DNA of 64,000 nucleotides from Lama glama (GCA_028534125.1 CM052816.1:29948001-30012000); one strand, 5' to 3'. Positions 25,316 through 39,550 are shown, numbered from the stretch's first letter. Translations and numbers: made by a program. Notes: a model not told the origin generated them from the letters alone.

Positions 25316-28300
25316 TAACTCTGAGGATGATCCTGGAGACTCACCTTGGACATCTGTGTCATTTGTGTTCCCCAGCCACATTTACCTAGTCTTACATACG
25401 GTGAGATGTTAACAGTTATAACCTGTGCTGTGAGCCTTTTGTGTCAATCTACCAATTTAGGAGCTCCATCTCCTGCAAAGTTCTTTTCCCTCCTCAAGTA
25501 ATTATATCTACAAGTCCTTGAGATGTTTCGATTGTGCTCATGAACAAGGCCAGATAGGACCCTCTGGGTCCTGATGCCTTTGCTGGACACAGATGGTTAT
25601 CTCTTGTTCCCTGAGTGCTGCCTCCTCTGCCAGGCACTGAAGCCCAGCATGCACAGCATTGCCACTTCTGCTGGGGGCCATGGTCTTCTTCTTCTGATGA
25701 AGCATTGGAGCCCTTGAGGGGCCAGGCATGCTCCATCTTCTCCAGATTTCCAATGATTCCAGGTACTGTGTCAGGGAGAATGCATGTCTTTCTTTTGTGT
25801 AACTGTTATTTGAATTAGATGGTTTCTAATGATTTCTTATATAACAATTTTTAGCAAGATAGATCTTTAACATTTATTTCCACTTCCTCCCTTCTCGGGG
25901 TGAAGGACAAACCCAGTGACCCCCGATGTGTCTTCAGACTCTTCAGTCCTCTGCCATGATTGTCTTCTATCCAGTGGCATTTGCACTCCCTCTCCCAATG
26001 GGGACTCTGCATGCAAATACCATTCCAGGGGCCTGTTCCCTGCTTTACTGGGTGTGCTTAGAATTGCTGCTCAGCACAGAATGGACCCAGCATAGATTTA
26101 AACTAGAAAATTCAAGGACATCAGTATTTAAGAAAAATGTAGACAGTAGTGTGTGACCTTTGAGACTTAGGCATGTTTTTAAGGAGATATTTTGGAGAGG
26201 GCTTCCAGATCTCTGTGATGTCCCTCCAAAGACAAACTCTTTGTCAATTCTACTCTGTCCTTCATCGAAGCCAGTGTAGTCTTGTGAAAAATTGCATTAA
26301 CAAAATTGTAGGCACTTACTGGAAAGAGGTACCTTCTTTATTGTAAATAACTCCATACAGCACTTGTAATAAGTTAGAATCAGAATGATCTTTCTGTCAT
26401 GCTTCTGTTTTTTAGACAACTCATGTACCTCAAACTCCACAGGAATCAATAACATATGATTCTGAAATAATACTGAATTTTAAAGCTTAGCATGCAGAGT
26501 ATGGAAAAAATGCCTCATCATTTTTCTTGCTGTCATTTGACAGTAGAGGTGTAGATTCATCAAACATTGGAAACACATTTTGAAAATGTCAATATCTCCA
26601 TCAGTGAGATTTGTCATCATTAATGCTGACGGCTCCTGCTGTACCACTGGATTCTTTACTCACACCGTTCGTCCCTTTGACACCCTGGAATGTCTTCAAC
26701 CACCTTCTTGTGACAGTCCCTTCAGTGTTTTGTGTGCTTTCACTTTCAACTTCCTACCAAGTCCACTTACCCGTCCTCAGACCACACGGGGAATTTCCAA
26801 ACCAGTCTTCACCTTATTTGTCTTATGAATTTTCTTTCTTTCCCTCAATGTCAATTACATTTTCTTTCATAAACTCTAGTATCTAAGTCATGTTTTAAAA
26901 TATTGAAGTAGTTTGAAGGACTCTTAGGCTAGACATATATGGGGTCAACTTGGATGTGAAAATAAAATGGAACTTTGTCCTTTCTGCAGTTGCTGTAATT
27001 TCCTCGTGAGGCTTGTCTCCTGAGGTTTATGTATAGGGTAGGGTTGGGAGTGGTAGGAAAGGAGAATTCTGAAGTTGCAAAATAATTCTCTGACTCCTTA
27101 ATGATCTCCTTTGTATGGCATTCTCTTTCAAGTAAATGATCAGTTTTCTTCCTCCCTCGCTCCTTTCTGAGGTGGCATCTTGCCTTCTGTAGGAGGAGGA
27201 GTTAATGTCATCTGGTGGTGTCAGGGCAGGGAGCATCACTTTCTGCCAGGCATCTTCTGGCTCTTCTCTGTTCTGATTGGCCAGGTGCGCGTTGGGGTGC
27301 ATCTGATCTCTGGACTCTTAGAAATGTGTGGTGTCCCTGCTGAAGTATGTGACTCTGGCCATTTTATTTTGATTAAGAAATCCCCACATGTTGCAGCATG
27401 TCCGGACTCCACACCTCTGACCATCCAGCAGTTCTCTTAGTGCCTCCGCATCTCTGCCCGCACTCCACTAGGCACGCAGGACTCTGTGGGCTCCTGAAGC
27501 CATGCAAAGGCAGAGGAAAGGCAGGAGCAGAATCTCAGGCTCATCTGCTTTGCCCTCTCCACCTGCCAGGGCTACTTCACTCCTGTGCATTCAGGATGTG
27601 GCACTGAGTCACATGCCAGGCTACTCCTAGAACCCTTCAGGTTTTCCCAGGCTACCCCTGAGGAAGCCAACCACTGCCTGGATGACCCTGAGTTCCCCGC
27701 ATCTCACCATCACCACTGTCTTCTAGGACTTTTGCCTGGAGCTGGCAGTAAGACATAGATGTCTGGCTGCCTCTTCCTCCTTACCATCCCCTCCTCCACT
27801 TTTCTTCTGCTATAGAGGTTTTCCTTTATTTCCCCTTCCAGTCTTGCAGGAATTTTCCTAGGGTCATGACAGCAGAGTCGCTGCCAGACATCATGATTCA
27901 AGATGGTGGGTGGTGAACAGAGGGAAGAAAATAGAAAACACATCATTTAAAAAATTTCAAGATAGCATCCCTGAAAATAAAATGATATACCTGTAACTGG
28001 TGTTTCCTCAAACTACATATCATCCTTGAAGAAATATGGGGATCACATAAATGGTAACAACTATTGTTCTGATTCTCATCTTTATCTTTTATTTGGGGAC
28101 TCCAGTCCCACTCAAAGTTTTCTGCATTTATTTCTATGATTCTTTCTCACATATTTCTCCAAGCAGTGTGAATATCTGACCAGTCCCCCTCCGTGGCCTC
28201 TGCTGTCTGGTAAGCCCTGTGCATCCCTTCCATGAGTGTCCAACAGTTGATGATGGAGGTGGTGATGCTTAGCCAAGCATGGATCCATGTTCCAGCAAAC

Positions 28301-28367
28301 AGAGTGCCCTCCGCTGCTTTGGAAATGCTAGGTGCAGGGTCCTTGGGGAACCTGACAGCTGTGGTTG

Positions 28368-28943
28368 TGTTGCCAGAGAGTAGGTTCTTGTGTAGGAAAG
28401 AATTCAAGAGTGAGCTATAGTAGAACTAAAGGAAGTTTATTTAGAGGGATACATATTCCAGAGACAGACTGTGGTCTGTCTCAGAAGGGACAGTGGCCCC
28501 AGAGCATGAGGCCATCTAGGAAAGTGAGAACGGCCCTAGGAGATAGATATACATTCCATAGAGAGTGTGGGGCAGTCTCAGAAGGCAAGAGAGACGGCCT
28601 CAGGATCTGGGGTTGTCAGTTATTATGGGCTAGGCAATTTCATATGTTAACAAGTAGGAGGGTTATTCCAACTCTATGAGGAAGGGGTGGGATTTCCAGA
28701 CATTGGGCCCCCACCCACTTTTTGGCCTTTTATGGTTGGCCTGGGAAGTATCATTGGCACCTCTGGGTGTGTCATTTAGCATGCTGATGTATTATAATGA
28801 GCATATAATGAGACTCAAGGTGTACTAGAAGTTGGGTCTTCTGCCATCTTGAGCCGAGTTGGTTCTAACCAGTTTATATCCTATCTTCAACTACTGTGTC
28901 ATTCATTTAATGGTTATGCCCTGCCCCTTTCACTCCTGTCTCA
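28368..28943 (-). mobile_element. ERV1 solo LTR, MER41-like
   Basis: TG...CA termini, perfect 4-bp TSD gttg (28364-28367, 28944-28947), minus-strand AATAAA near 28437-28442; ggttcttg..gaaagaattcaagagtgag..aagtttatt and gaaggggtggg..ttcc / gccatcttg resemble MER41. Confidence 0.85.
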
Positions 28944-30136
28944 GTTGTGCTACTGCTGCCAGAGGGCTGTGCCTTCTGGATACCTCCTGTCCTGCCCTGG
29001 CTGCACTTAGAGGTGCAAGACCCTCTTCACACTGGGCCATGAGGAAGTGGCAAGCAGGTTTCTGTCATCCTGGTATAGTAGTCGGACTTCATAAAGTCTC
29101 TCAGGGACTTTTGAGGGAAAAGAGCTTATTTAATATTAACTTGCCACTCAGTTCTATTATGGGCTATGATAGAGCACAGCAAATCTAACCTGATTGCTTC
29201 TCTTTTGGTGCCTGGGGCATTGCTCTTTAGCCAAGCCTGTATCTCGTATTTCCTCTTTTGGGATAGTTTTGTGTGTCTGGTCATTGGGAGGTTCTTTAAT
29301 TTCTCATTCAAATGCAAAATTTGCAGGCTCTTCCAACCAGTTTTGCAGACACTGTATCATAGTGGTTGTAAAATTTATACATAATCTGGGGCTCCTACCT
29401 CCGCTTCTAATTTAAATAAATTACAGATTTATATTTTTCTGTTTAAGCAAGCAATTCCTTGTAAATCTTTTGGTCTCTTATTTCATGGTTTGCCAAATGG
29501 TTAAAACAGATTAAAAAACCTTTAAAATGTTTGAATTCTGTCCTCACTCTGCTCATTTCATGATAATGGGAATAATTGATTAAACAATCTCCTTGTGTGA
29601 GATTCTGTTTTAGGTCAAGACTTGTCTTTCAGGTTTTTTTTTTTTTTTTGCTCCTCCTGCTCTTTTTAAAGATGGTATCTTATATTCTGTCTCCTTTATT
29701 ACGTTGATTTGTATGACTTTCCAAAAAAAATCTTTTGCTTTTGAATTGGGGAAAAGTAAATTAAATGTAGTGAGATGGAATGAAATGACCCTCCTGCCCT
29801 AATTAGGATCATAAATAATCTATTGGGAGACTGCATATCCATCCTGGTTGACTCAGACAGAACCATTTTCAGCTAATGTGTGGGCTCCTGGTGATAAAAG
29901 CAGGAACAAGTAGGAGTCAAATGATCCTTTAGCGAAATGATGTTAGTTATTTCTCCAGGTTCTCAAGAAGCAGCTTTAAAATCATCTTAATATGAGGAGT
30001 CTGTTTCCTTCATGTGAGGATAATAGACTGTGCCTCCCTAGGATAATTAATTAATTAACTAACAAATAATTAATGAATTCCTACTGTGATGAGATGTGCT
30101 TGCCCTTAGTCAGAGAGGAACTTAGCACCAGGCTTC

Positions 30137-30641
30137 TGTGGAAATAAATGAAGACCAACCAAATGAGAACAAGGCAAGGCTATTTTTTCAGATCTTACAA
30201 GGAGTCAGTTACCATCTCGTTCGTTTGGGCAGAGGCTCAAAGGCAGGCAGAGGAATGGGAAAACTTTATAGTGGAAAAAGGAAGGCTTTGAATATGTCCC
30301 AAGTGCAGGCTGTTGGCACGGGGAAGCCATAGGTGGGCTGACTGGAAGCTTCCTATGTGATTGCTTAGAGGTCCGTATTTGGCTTTTTCTGGTTGGTCTT
30401 AAGTTGGAAGGGGGAAAAAATTAAGGAAACTATCAGTTATTAATCAGGTTCTGATTGTCTGGGCTGATTGTTACAGGGGTTATTGTTTGGTTTCCTGGAC
30501 TGGTGTCCTGCAAGTCGGACATAGCAGGCTAGTTTCCTGGGCTGGTTACTGTCATGGGTTGGTGGTTGCTGCAGATGGTGGGTCAGAGTTTGGTGTTTAT
30601 ATCTGGCCTGGCCATTGTCTGTTTGTATATTCAGTCTCTCA
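30137..30641 (-). mobile_element. ERV1-class solo LTR
   Basis: TG...CA termini (tgtggaaat...cagtctctca), 4-bp TSD cttc/tttc with one mismatch, ~505 bp. Confidence 0.7.
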
Positions 30642-33600
30642 TTTCACTTGTGGACAGTCAAACAAAATCAGGCTGTGTACTGTTTCCTTTCACACAATTG
30701 TAGCACCACAGCTCATCCATCCTTTAGAAGCCAACAAGAGCTGTAGGCAGGATAAAACCTATATGAACTTCCAACTGAAATAAGAAGCCATAAGAATTTT
30801 CAGAAATGGTTAGAAATAAGGAGCTAGCATTGCTCAAGTGGCGGAGGGTGCGATTTTTGGAGGGAGGAGTGGAACACTGGCCAGGAGACAGCTATTTACA
30901 GATAGGCTGAGGGAAGATGATGTGAGAGAGTTGGGAAGACTTGAGAATCAGTAAGGGAGGAAGCATCCATATGAGGCAACCTCCAAGGCCTACATTCTCA
31001 CCTCTTCGATCTTCCTTGAGTTACCCTGAGGAAAAGGGCTAGGAACAGAGCCCCAGTTCCCAATCTTCTTTCTCTGATTTGCTTTGGGATGCTTGTCTGA
31101 TGTGTCAGTGAAAGAACTGCTCATACCTGCACATCAGGGTGGCTTCACTGGGGAGGTGGGTTCTGGAGAAGGACATGGACACATCAGCTGGTTGGGCCCT
31201 GGATGAGAAAGGCTTGAGAGCTCCCCTCAGCCTGCCAAGCAATGAGGACTGTTGGTTAGAAAGGTCTCCAGGCAAGGAGGCATCTCCAGCAAAGCCCATT
31301 TCCCTGATCTTCTCAGGCTCCTTGGCAGAGCAAGGGGGAGCCCAGAACCACCACAGTAATATTAAATAACCTCCCTTCACCACAAAACCAAACCAACAAA
31401 CTTACAAATAAAACAAAACAAAATTGAAGCTAGCCCTAAGATCAAACTTCCCTAAATTGTAACTCAGCGTTTGTGTACAAATTGCCCAAATACATAAATA
31501 ATGTCTCTACTCTGGCTTTGATATAGAAGTTGAAACAAAACATTGAGCCTGATGTATTTACTTTTGATCAGTAGGTTTTCTTTGCTGGATATTGTTTTCA
31601 CTGATCAAAAAAAAAAATCTTCCCTTAAGGAAAGTGATCATAATATCCAAGGCACCAAAGTTCTTGTAAACAGATTTTATAGAATGATCTTTTTCATGGT
31701 GAAAACATTCCTGGTTTGCTTTACTTAATCAAAAGAAGATTTCTTACGATTAGTCAAACTTAAGTGATACAGTGAACTATAAAAAAAGAAACCAGTTCTC
31801 CAGATATTTGAAGGCTCATGTTTATGTTTTCAATTCTTCTGAAATACAGTTATTAACTTATATTGTCCTTCCACGATGTGAGTATAGATTTCTTTTTATT
31901 AAAAGAAAAGTCATACTGTTTTCTAACTTAGGGAGTTTCGATTCTAGATTAAATAAAATTTAATTTAGATGCTAACCTGGAAGTGAGAAGAGGACAATCC
32001 TATCTGAGCAGTGCCTTTGCAAAGGAAGCGATTCCATCCACTTGTATGGCATACATATCTGGGAGTTGCCAGTTTACCAGAATACAACACAAATAACTGG
32101 GGACCCAGGTATAAGGATTTATGATCAGAGTAGAACTTAGAGCTCTGAAGAATTTCAACAGGGAAGGGGAAGATAAAACCTCAGACCAGTGGCATGACTT
32201 GGGTGACTGGTCCCACAGAAGCAGGGAAATGTCCTCTTACTTAGGTATCCTCTGCATGTGAAGTCAAAACAATGTGGGCAGTGCAGCTGAGACGTAGCGC
32301 TGAGCCACAACACGATTAGCCTAGAGCTCTTTAAGTTCTCCCTGCTTTTAAGATAGCGTGAGATTCAGAGTCTGGGAAAAGATCACACATACAGGTGAGC
32401 ACAGTGGTCCTGGTTGCAAAGAGAAATTGGGAAGAGCACAGTAGGTTAATTGGGATGTTTGGCTCAGGGGGACTAACTGCCCAAAATAACAGTAAATGCT
32501 ACTCAGAGTTTCTGTAGGGAGAGTTCAGGGATCTAGTTTTGAGCAAAAGGTTCTAGTGTTTTTAGAAAGGCAGTATCGTTATTTGAGCCTCATGTATGGG
32601 ATGCATGTGTCTACACTTTTCTGATTATTAAGTCTCCTTTTGATGCTTTGGCACAAGCCCTCTTTCCCACCTTCTTGACCTGTGCTATATACGCTGCTAT
32701 TTGGTCGCATGGATGAGAGCCTGTGCCCCGCTATACCAAACCATGCAGGTACTTACTTGTATGTGGCCAGTCAGTGAGCATATCAGTCTGGTTCTAAATT
32801 CATGCATCACCTACCAGGTAGGGAGGACAAAAGACACAATGTTCTCCCTTCTTGTGTACAGTTCATCATCTCCGATGATTTCAGAATTACAATATCCTCA
32901 CCCCAACACATCATTTCTGTCACTTTCCACCCTCACTTTCAAACTCTGATGACATAGGTGTGAGAGGTGAGGTAATCTTATCTTCTTTTCTCATCTATCC
33001 CTTAGTCCATTAATTTACAACCACTCACTTATTATGTCTAATTTGCTCTTTGCCATATTCTGCCGAATTCTACTCATAACTGTCATGTTGCACTCAGACT
33101 ATTCCAGTGGTCACCCCGCAGGTTCTGCTCCTGGCGATCTCTCTTTTCCTGAAACCATTTTTATCTGGACCACTGCCTGCTTAAGAGCCACAGTTCTTAT
33201 GGGTTCAAGCAGTTGTGCCTTGTGTTCTAGATCTCTCCCCAGTGAATGCCACCTCCTAGCTCGTTTTGTTTCTGTGCTCCCTCCGACCTGATCCACGTAC
33301 CTGGATAACAGCTCTTCTTGACTCCATGGCCCATGGCCTGGGATGGTCTCCTGTCTCTCTGCCATTTGAATCTCACCTGTCAAGCAAAGCCCAACTCAAC
33401 ACATATTCACCAAGAAGTTTTTCCAGTCGAACCCTAGTCCACAGTGATTTCCTCCTGACACTAGTTTTCTGTTTCATCCTAAATAACCAGCATTGCCACA
33501 GAGCTCTTCCAACTTGAAATAACACTTTCTTATAAGGTCTACATACTATCTAGTGTAGTCTCGTAAGTCAGTATCCATTATGTCTATCTTCTTAGCAGCT

Positions 33601-34438
33601 GGTTGTCAAGCTTTTTTTTTTTAATTATTAATTTTAACTGGAAAGACTTCTCTTTCTATATTTTGGGTTGAGACTAGTGGTTAGTACAGTAAATGCAGAT
33701 TAGATTTGATTTAATGTTTCAAGGAAAATATATTTTTTCAGCTGGTGACAAGAGATTCAGTTGGTGACAGAAATAAGAACAGAACAGTTTTATGTAAGGA
33801 CAGGAATAAATTAAGCTAAATGATTGTACTTATATCAAATTACTAAACCTCAGGAAAAAAAGATATAAACTGTATTAAATGAACAGCAACAATATATATC
33901 ATGTATCCTGTGTCATAGATTAGAAAATGATTCAGTTGGCTTATTTTGCTTTGTTTTCAGAACGTCTGATAAGTGATAATTTTCTGTTCATGTGCGATAA
34001 TTCTGAACTTTTTCATTTGGTCATACATTTGTAAACAAATATGTTTATTGGTTCAGTTGAAAAAATATCGAAGTTTTTATTCAAGAAAGGGTTTCTTTTG
34101 ATAATAATTAGCACACAAACAGGAACATTTTACCATTTTTTAAAAATCGCCTTGTGGAAATCAAAAAGCTGTTTGAATGCGGAGGTCTCTATTTTAGTAT
34201 TTCTTTAAAAATTGTGTTAGGCTCTTCCATGTTGCAAGGAATAAAACATTATCAGCTATCTTACTGACTGAGTGTTTCTGGAAAGGATAAATACAGAAGT
34301 CAATGACGCAAGGAACTGTTTCCACAACTACAAGTAGGCCCCACGGAGTTCCAGGGCACTGCACAGTCCACAGCAGCGATTGTCATCCCGTCCACTGTTA
34401 GGGTGCTGTTGGGCTGCACCCCACACGCCTGCATAGCC

Positions 34439-34861
34439 TGTACTTGCCCAGCTTCAAGACCGAAGAAAGAGCCTGGAGTCAGCGACAGAAACGTCAGTGG
34501 TTTAGTGGGTAGGGGCCTCTCATACACCTGAAACAGGGTCCTGGAGCCACACCTCACTCACCGTGAGCAGCAGATGGTGGGCAGGACAGGGCGGGAGTCT
34601 TCACTCCAGCGGGGACGGGAGGTTACCAGTCATAGGGGGAATTGCATCAAGTTGGCTCATTGGTTACCAGGGAAACCAGCAGAGGGCCCCTTTGATGAGC
34701 TATCCTAGTTCTGATCTAAAGCTATAACAATACTAGCTGGGGCAGGGCAAGTGTGTAGGAAGGTCAGCCAGGTGAGTAGGGTGTAGGTAAAGCAGGGACT
34801 GGTCCAGCAGGGGATGGACAGAGAGCAAGAGAACTGCCATCTTGAGTGGCCAGACCATACA
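34439..34861 (-). mobile_element. ERV solo LTR (family uncertain), within an older MaLR-like remnant (~34215-35200)
   Basis: TG...CA (tgtacttgcc...gccatcttgagtggccagaccataca), GC/CpG-richer than flanks; no clean TSD found. Confidence 0.6.
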
Positions 34862-36877
34862 GGAGGTGCCTTTGCAACTTTGTCTCTGCCAGTCACTACC
34901 AACAACATCTCTTGGCTCTCCTCCTAACCTATGGGTTCTACTCACTTACTACTTCTGCTGCCATATTATCTCTTTTCCCTGTAGGCTTCTGTCTACTGCA
35001 ACCTCTGTGTCTCTCTGCACTGTTATCAGTCCTGATGTCTGTTGGCCCCTTGAAGTTATTTCAGAATTTACTAAGAAAAATCTGACTCTGTATCTTACCA
35101 CCCACTTCTTGTGCCAAGGCTTTCTGTAGCCCACTATGATTTGGATGCTAATCCTTGGTCCAGTTAAGTACAGTCAGAGTGGGAGGGGTTGTGTTGTTCA
35201 AAGCAGGTTCTTAGCAGGCTGCATTTTGTTGGTAATTGTATCCTAGGCTAGAGTTGGCTTTGCAGGACCAGGACCTTTGTTTTATCAGGGTCCCAGAATA
35301 GATAGATGTGGGGATGTTGCAACTTCATGCTGAGAAACTCGTAAGACTAATCTAAAAGCCAGAATAGCATTTGTTCATTTAAAATGAGAAATTTAGCTAT
35401 CGTGCAAATAAGATATTTGTGACTGCCTGGGAAATTTGTTTTTTCTCCCTGTAGACAGAGCTGAACCATGGGCAGATTAGCTAGGCAACTAGCCAGAGTA
35501 CCAAGGTACAAAGTGGTCTAAACAGTTTTGGATTTGCACATGTGACTCCTCACATAATTGGCCAAATGGAAATTGGCTCTACTTTTGATTCAATAGGTTA
35601 GTACTTAGTAGAGATTTATTGAATGTGAAAGTTCTCTATTGCACCTTTCGGCGTAAATAAACATCAGTCCTTGCCAGCACCAATCTACCTCTTTGAGCTC
35701 TTTTCCAAAATAACCATGTTGCATTTTGGACTAAGAGACAGAGCCCTAAACTCTGCGATCTCCTGGTTCCTCAAAGTAAAAGACAGAAAGCTTTTGCCTC
35801 TGACTTTATACCACCTTTTCTCTTACCAGGGGCAGAACCATCCTTTGTCCTTCTTCTGCCCTAGACATTGTGGCTTTACATATGTCAATACCTAAATCTA
35901 CATTGAAGGCGGCCCTCTGAAAACCTGTTCTGGGATGGTAGATGGTGGTGCACTCAAAATCAATCTCTCCCTGAAATGTTTGAGACGTTCTTTTAACAGA
36001 GCCATTAATTTAATGTTAACAGTCTAATTCCAGGCATTAATTTAAGATTTTGATTCTTTTACAATACCTTAAATCAATCATACAATTTTAGCCTAGGAGA
36101 CTCGCTACCATGGTAAGAGGATTTTATGTATTTCTGATTGGGTCCGTTACCTGTGGATTCAGTATTCATGTGGTACTACAGGAAATTGTTCAAAAATGTG
36201 GCCCCGTGTTGATTTCTAAGCCGAATTCTGGGGTAGCCAAACTATTTTCCAGACTTTTTCAATTCCCCTCATCTTTTCCTACTAAAATTATCAGCAACTT
36301 GAGGCCTGAGTGGAGTCTTAGTGCCGGAACCTAGCACTCTGTCTGACACGTGGCTGGCATGTACTTGAGGTTTACTGAATGTGAAAACTCTCTGTTGCCA
36401 GTATATCCTGGTGATTTCTATAACTGCCTATAAATACAGACTGACAACAGATTGAAGGAGGTAGCGAGTTCAGCAGAAGTGTTAGCTTAAATCCTTTAAT
36501 GTATAAAATGAACACCACAGTGAGAAACACATCTTTCCTTTTCTGTTAAGAATATGATCTCAATTCATATTTAAGAATAACTTGACACAGTATCAGCCTA
36601 CATTACAAGAAAATATTATAGTATATTGCTTAAGTATTTGGATTTGAACACTCTATCAAGAAGATGAAATGATCACCAGGCCAGCTAATGCCATGCTCTG
36701 TTTATTACGATTGAACCAAAAAAAGAGGATAAAACTCCTTTTGACATATATGCTTTTTATGTATGGCAATGATTTATCATAAATTGAGGTTATCCTTAAT
36801 TTCTAGAGAGATGATTATGACCTTTGCTTTTTTGTACGAGAGCTGTGTTTTGACATCTTCCAATGACTTCAAATGAA

Positions 36878-36967
36878 TATATAATATATAAATATATAAT
36901 ATATAAATATATAAATATGGATTATATCTTTATATAATGTACACACACACACATATACATATATATG
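36878..36967. repeat. AT-rich (TA)n/(CA)n low-complexity tract
   Basis: atatataatatataaatatataat...acacacacacacatatacatatat. Confidence 0.8.
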
Positions 36968-37585
36968 TTTTTTCTTCTGTGTAACCACCAGAGTATAAGG
37001 CAGTTGCTCTGTCTTTCTAAGAACCATCATCTACTAATAATGCTGCAGTACAGAGTGTGCACTTATATATTATCTGGTACACTAATTAAATTGAATGAGG
37101 TAGTGAGAACCTATTCACAGTGTTGGAACTAATGACCCAGTGCATTAGTAGTGATAGAGAAGGCACATTCGAAGACAGATGTCTTGTTTTAATTGCACTG
37201 TGGTACCATTTGAATAAAGAGAGTGACATCTCTTTCAAATTATCTGTAAGTAAAGTCTGTTCATTATAGAGAATGGTTAAGTATCATCTACGTCTCCAGA
37301 CTAACTACTGTTTAGTAAACATTTTTCCTTTGTTGATTATATCCATTCAGGGACTGTAAAATCAGTGCTGCTAATGTGATTCTAAATGGATATTGATACC
37401 AGTTATGCCAGTTATGGTTATTATACTGTTGAAAAATTAGGCAATATGGGATCCTTAGAATTACTTTAGAGGAGACAGTGTATATGTACTTTTTAAAAAG
37501 TAGCCATATCAATTAACAACTAAAACCCATATCCAAGACCACATGACAAAATAAACATAGAAATAACATATGGTTTAGGAATATG

Positions 37586-37697
37586 AGCATCACCAGAGTG
37601 GGACTGTGTTTGCTTTGATAGCAGCTATATCTCCAGCACGTCGAAGAATGCTTGGCACATAGTACGTTATCAATAAATATTTGCTGAATGAATGAAA
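37586..37697 (+). mobile_element. L2 3' terminus
   Basis: tatatctccagcac...tgcttggcacatagt...tcaataaatatttgctgaatgaatgaa. Confidence 0.85.
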
Positions 37698-37751
37698 GTC
37701 ACATGTAGTATCCTATGATCCTTCGTCTCATGAGTACTTAAGATTTATTTC

Positions 37752-37970
37752 TGTTGCAGTCCATTCAGGCTGCTATGACAGAAATACCAAAGACTGGCGG
37801 CTTTAACAACAGAAGTTTATTTCTCACAGTTCTGGAGGCTGCAAGTCCAAAGATCCAGGTGCCCGCAGATTCGGTGGCTGGTGAGAGACTGTGTCCTGGC
37901 CCACAGATGGCCATCTTTTTGCTGTAACCTCACATAGCAGCAAAGGTGAGGGAACTGGCTGGGGCCTCAT
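37752..37970 (-). mobile_element. MaLR LTR fragment (MLT1A-like)
   Basis: gtccattcaggctgctatgacagaaatacca...aacaacagaagtttatttctcacagttctggaggctg.aagtcca. Confidence 0.85.
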
Positions 37971-38344
37971 ACCTTCAGCCCTCACCTCCATGTGCAACAT
38001 GCCCAGCTCATGGCTAAGGGAGGTAAAATGTCATGACTCTATTTGTATGAGAAATAGAATCAGAATGTAACATCTATCTCTAGGTAATGGATAGGTTTAT
38101 TAAAACTGTAAGCTAGGTTAATAGTATTGAAAATTTTACAGTGAAGACACTGGGGTAATTTGCTTGCAGTAATCAGTACCTTGCTAGAGCATTGTGGAAG
38201 AGACTTTATGCGCTAATGTCCACAGTAGCCTTCATAAATAGAATTATGTAATGATTTTTATGGCCATCTGATAGTAAATACACTAGGCCTGATGAAGAGG
38301 AATTCATTTGTCTGAATTTTTTGAAACCTTAGATATTTTAAAAT

Positions 38345-38960
38345 ACTGTTGCAGTGACAAATGACTTCAAATCTCTGTAGGTTTTTAACAATATTTATTC
38401 ATTCATTCATTCATCTATTATTTTTTAATTGAAGTACAGTAAATTACAACATTTCTGATGTACAGCATAATGTCCCAGGCATGCATATATATATTCATAT
38501 ATTCATTTTCATATTCTTTTTCATTAAAGGTTATTACAAGATATTGAATATAATTCCCTATGGTATACAGAAGAAATTTGTTTTTTATCTATTTTAATAT
38601 ATAGTGGTTTCAACAATATTATGTGTCATGTTGATTGGTTATATCTCTGACATAGAGGCTAAAGAAATAGCTCCAGGCTAAAGGAATGGTCTCCCAATAG
38701 TGGGAGAAGGAAAGGAGCAATAGAGCGAACAGAAATGCCTGGTGATTCTTATGTCTTCTGCTCCAGTGTGGCAGACATCACTTCCATTCACATGCCACTG
38801 GCCAGCTCAAGTCTTATGATCAAGGTCAGCTGCAGTGGAGCAATGAGGTATATTCGTCCCCTTAATAGGTATTTAAAGTCACATGGCAATAGGTGGTGAT
38901 GTAGAAGTCCTCTTACGGGAAGGGGGAGTGAGTGATTAGGAACATAACACACTGTACTAC
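38345..38960 (-). mobile_element. Old MaLR LTR interrupted by an L1 3' end
   Basis: gcagtgacaaatgacttcaaatctc...; catcacttccattcacatgccactggcca...aagtcacatggcaa. Confidence 0.55.
38396..38611 (-). mobile_element. Short L1 3' end with TSD
   Basis: ttttaattgaagtacagt...tgtacagcata...ttacaagatattgaatataattccc; TSD aacaatatt at 38387-38395 and 38612-38620. Confidence 0.85.
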
Positions 38961-38966
38961 TCCATC

Positions 38967-39424
38967 TGTATTAGTTTCAGGGAGCTGCTGTAACAAAGTA
39001 GCACAAACTGGGTGGCTTAACACAACAAAAATTTATTCTCTTACAGTTCTGGAGGCCAGAAGTCAGTGCTTAACGTGTTAGCTGGGTCATGATCCCTCTG
39101 AGACTCTAGATCAAATCCTTCCTTGCCTCTTCCTGGCTTCTGGTGATAGCTGTTCAGCCTTGCATTCCTTGGCTTGCAGCTACACCACTCCATTCTCTGC
39201 CTGTTGTCACATGGCACTCTTCTTGTGTGTCATTCTGTTCATATGGCGTTTACCTTTTTATAAGGACACAAGTTAGATTTGGTTAGGGGTCCACTGTATT
39301 CATCTTCATACATTTTAACTCGATTCCATCTGTAAAGAACTTATTTCCAAATAAGGTTACATCACAGGTACCAGGTTTAAGACATCACCATATCTTTTGG
39401 AGGCACACAGTTCAACTGGTAACA
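38967..39424 (-). mobile_element. MaLR LTR (MLT1B/C-like), near full length
   Basis: tgtattagtt...gctgctgtaacaaagtagcacaaactgggtggcttaa...acagttctggaggccagaagtc...ttccaaataaggttacatc...taaca. Confidence 0.88.
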
Positions 39425-39452
39425 CTGTCCTAGCTTATTTCCCACCTCTTGT

Positions 39453-39550
39453 TTTGTTTTTAATTAAAAAAAATAATGGAGTTACTGGGGATTGAACCCA
39501 GGACCCTGTGCATGCTAAGCACTCACTCTATCACTGAGCTATACCCTCCC
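39453..39550 (-). mobile_element. Camelid tRNA-Ala-derived SINE (vic-1 type)
   Basis: Minus strand GGGAGGGTATAGCTCAGTGATAGAGTGAGTGCTTAGCATGCACAGGGTCCTGGGTTCAATCCCCAGTAACTCC with Pol III A/B boxes, AT-rich tail and TSD acctcttgt (39444-39452, 39556-39564). Confidence 0.88.

Noticed and set aside
26400..26900. Faint resemblance to a Tigger/pogo transposase remnant on the minus strand
   Set aside because: No TIRs or convincing motif found; too weak to call
39475..39550. tRNA-like sequence
   Set aside because: Acceptor stem does not pair properly and it has a tail plus TSD, so it is a SINE, not a tRNA gene
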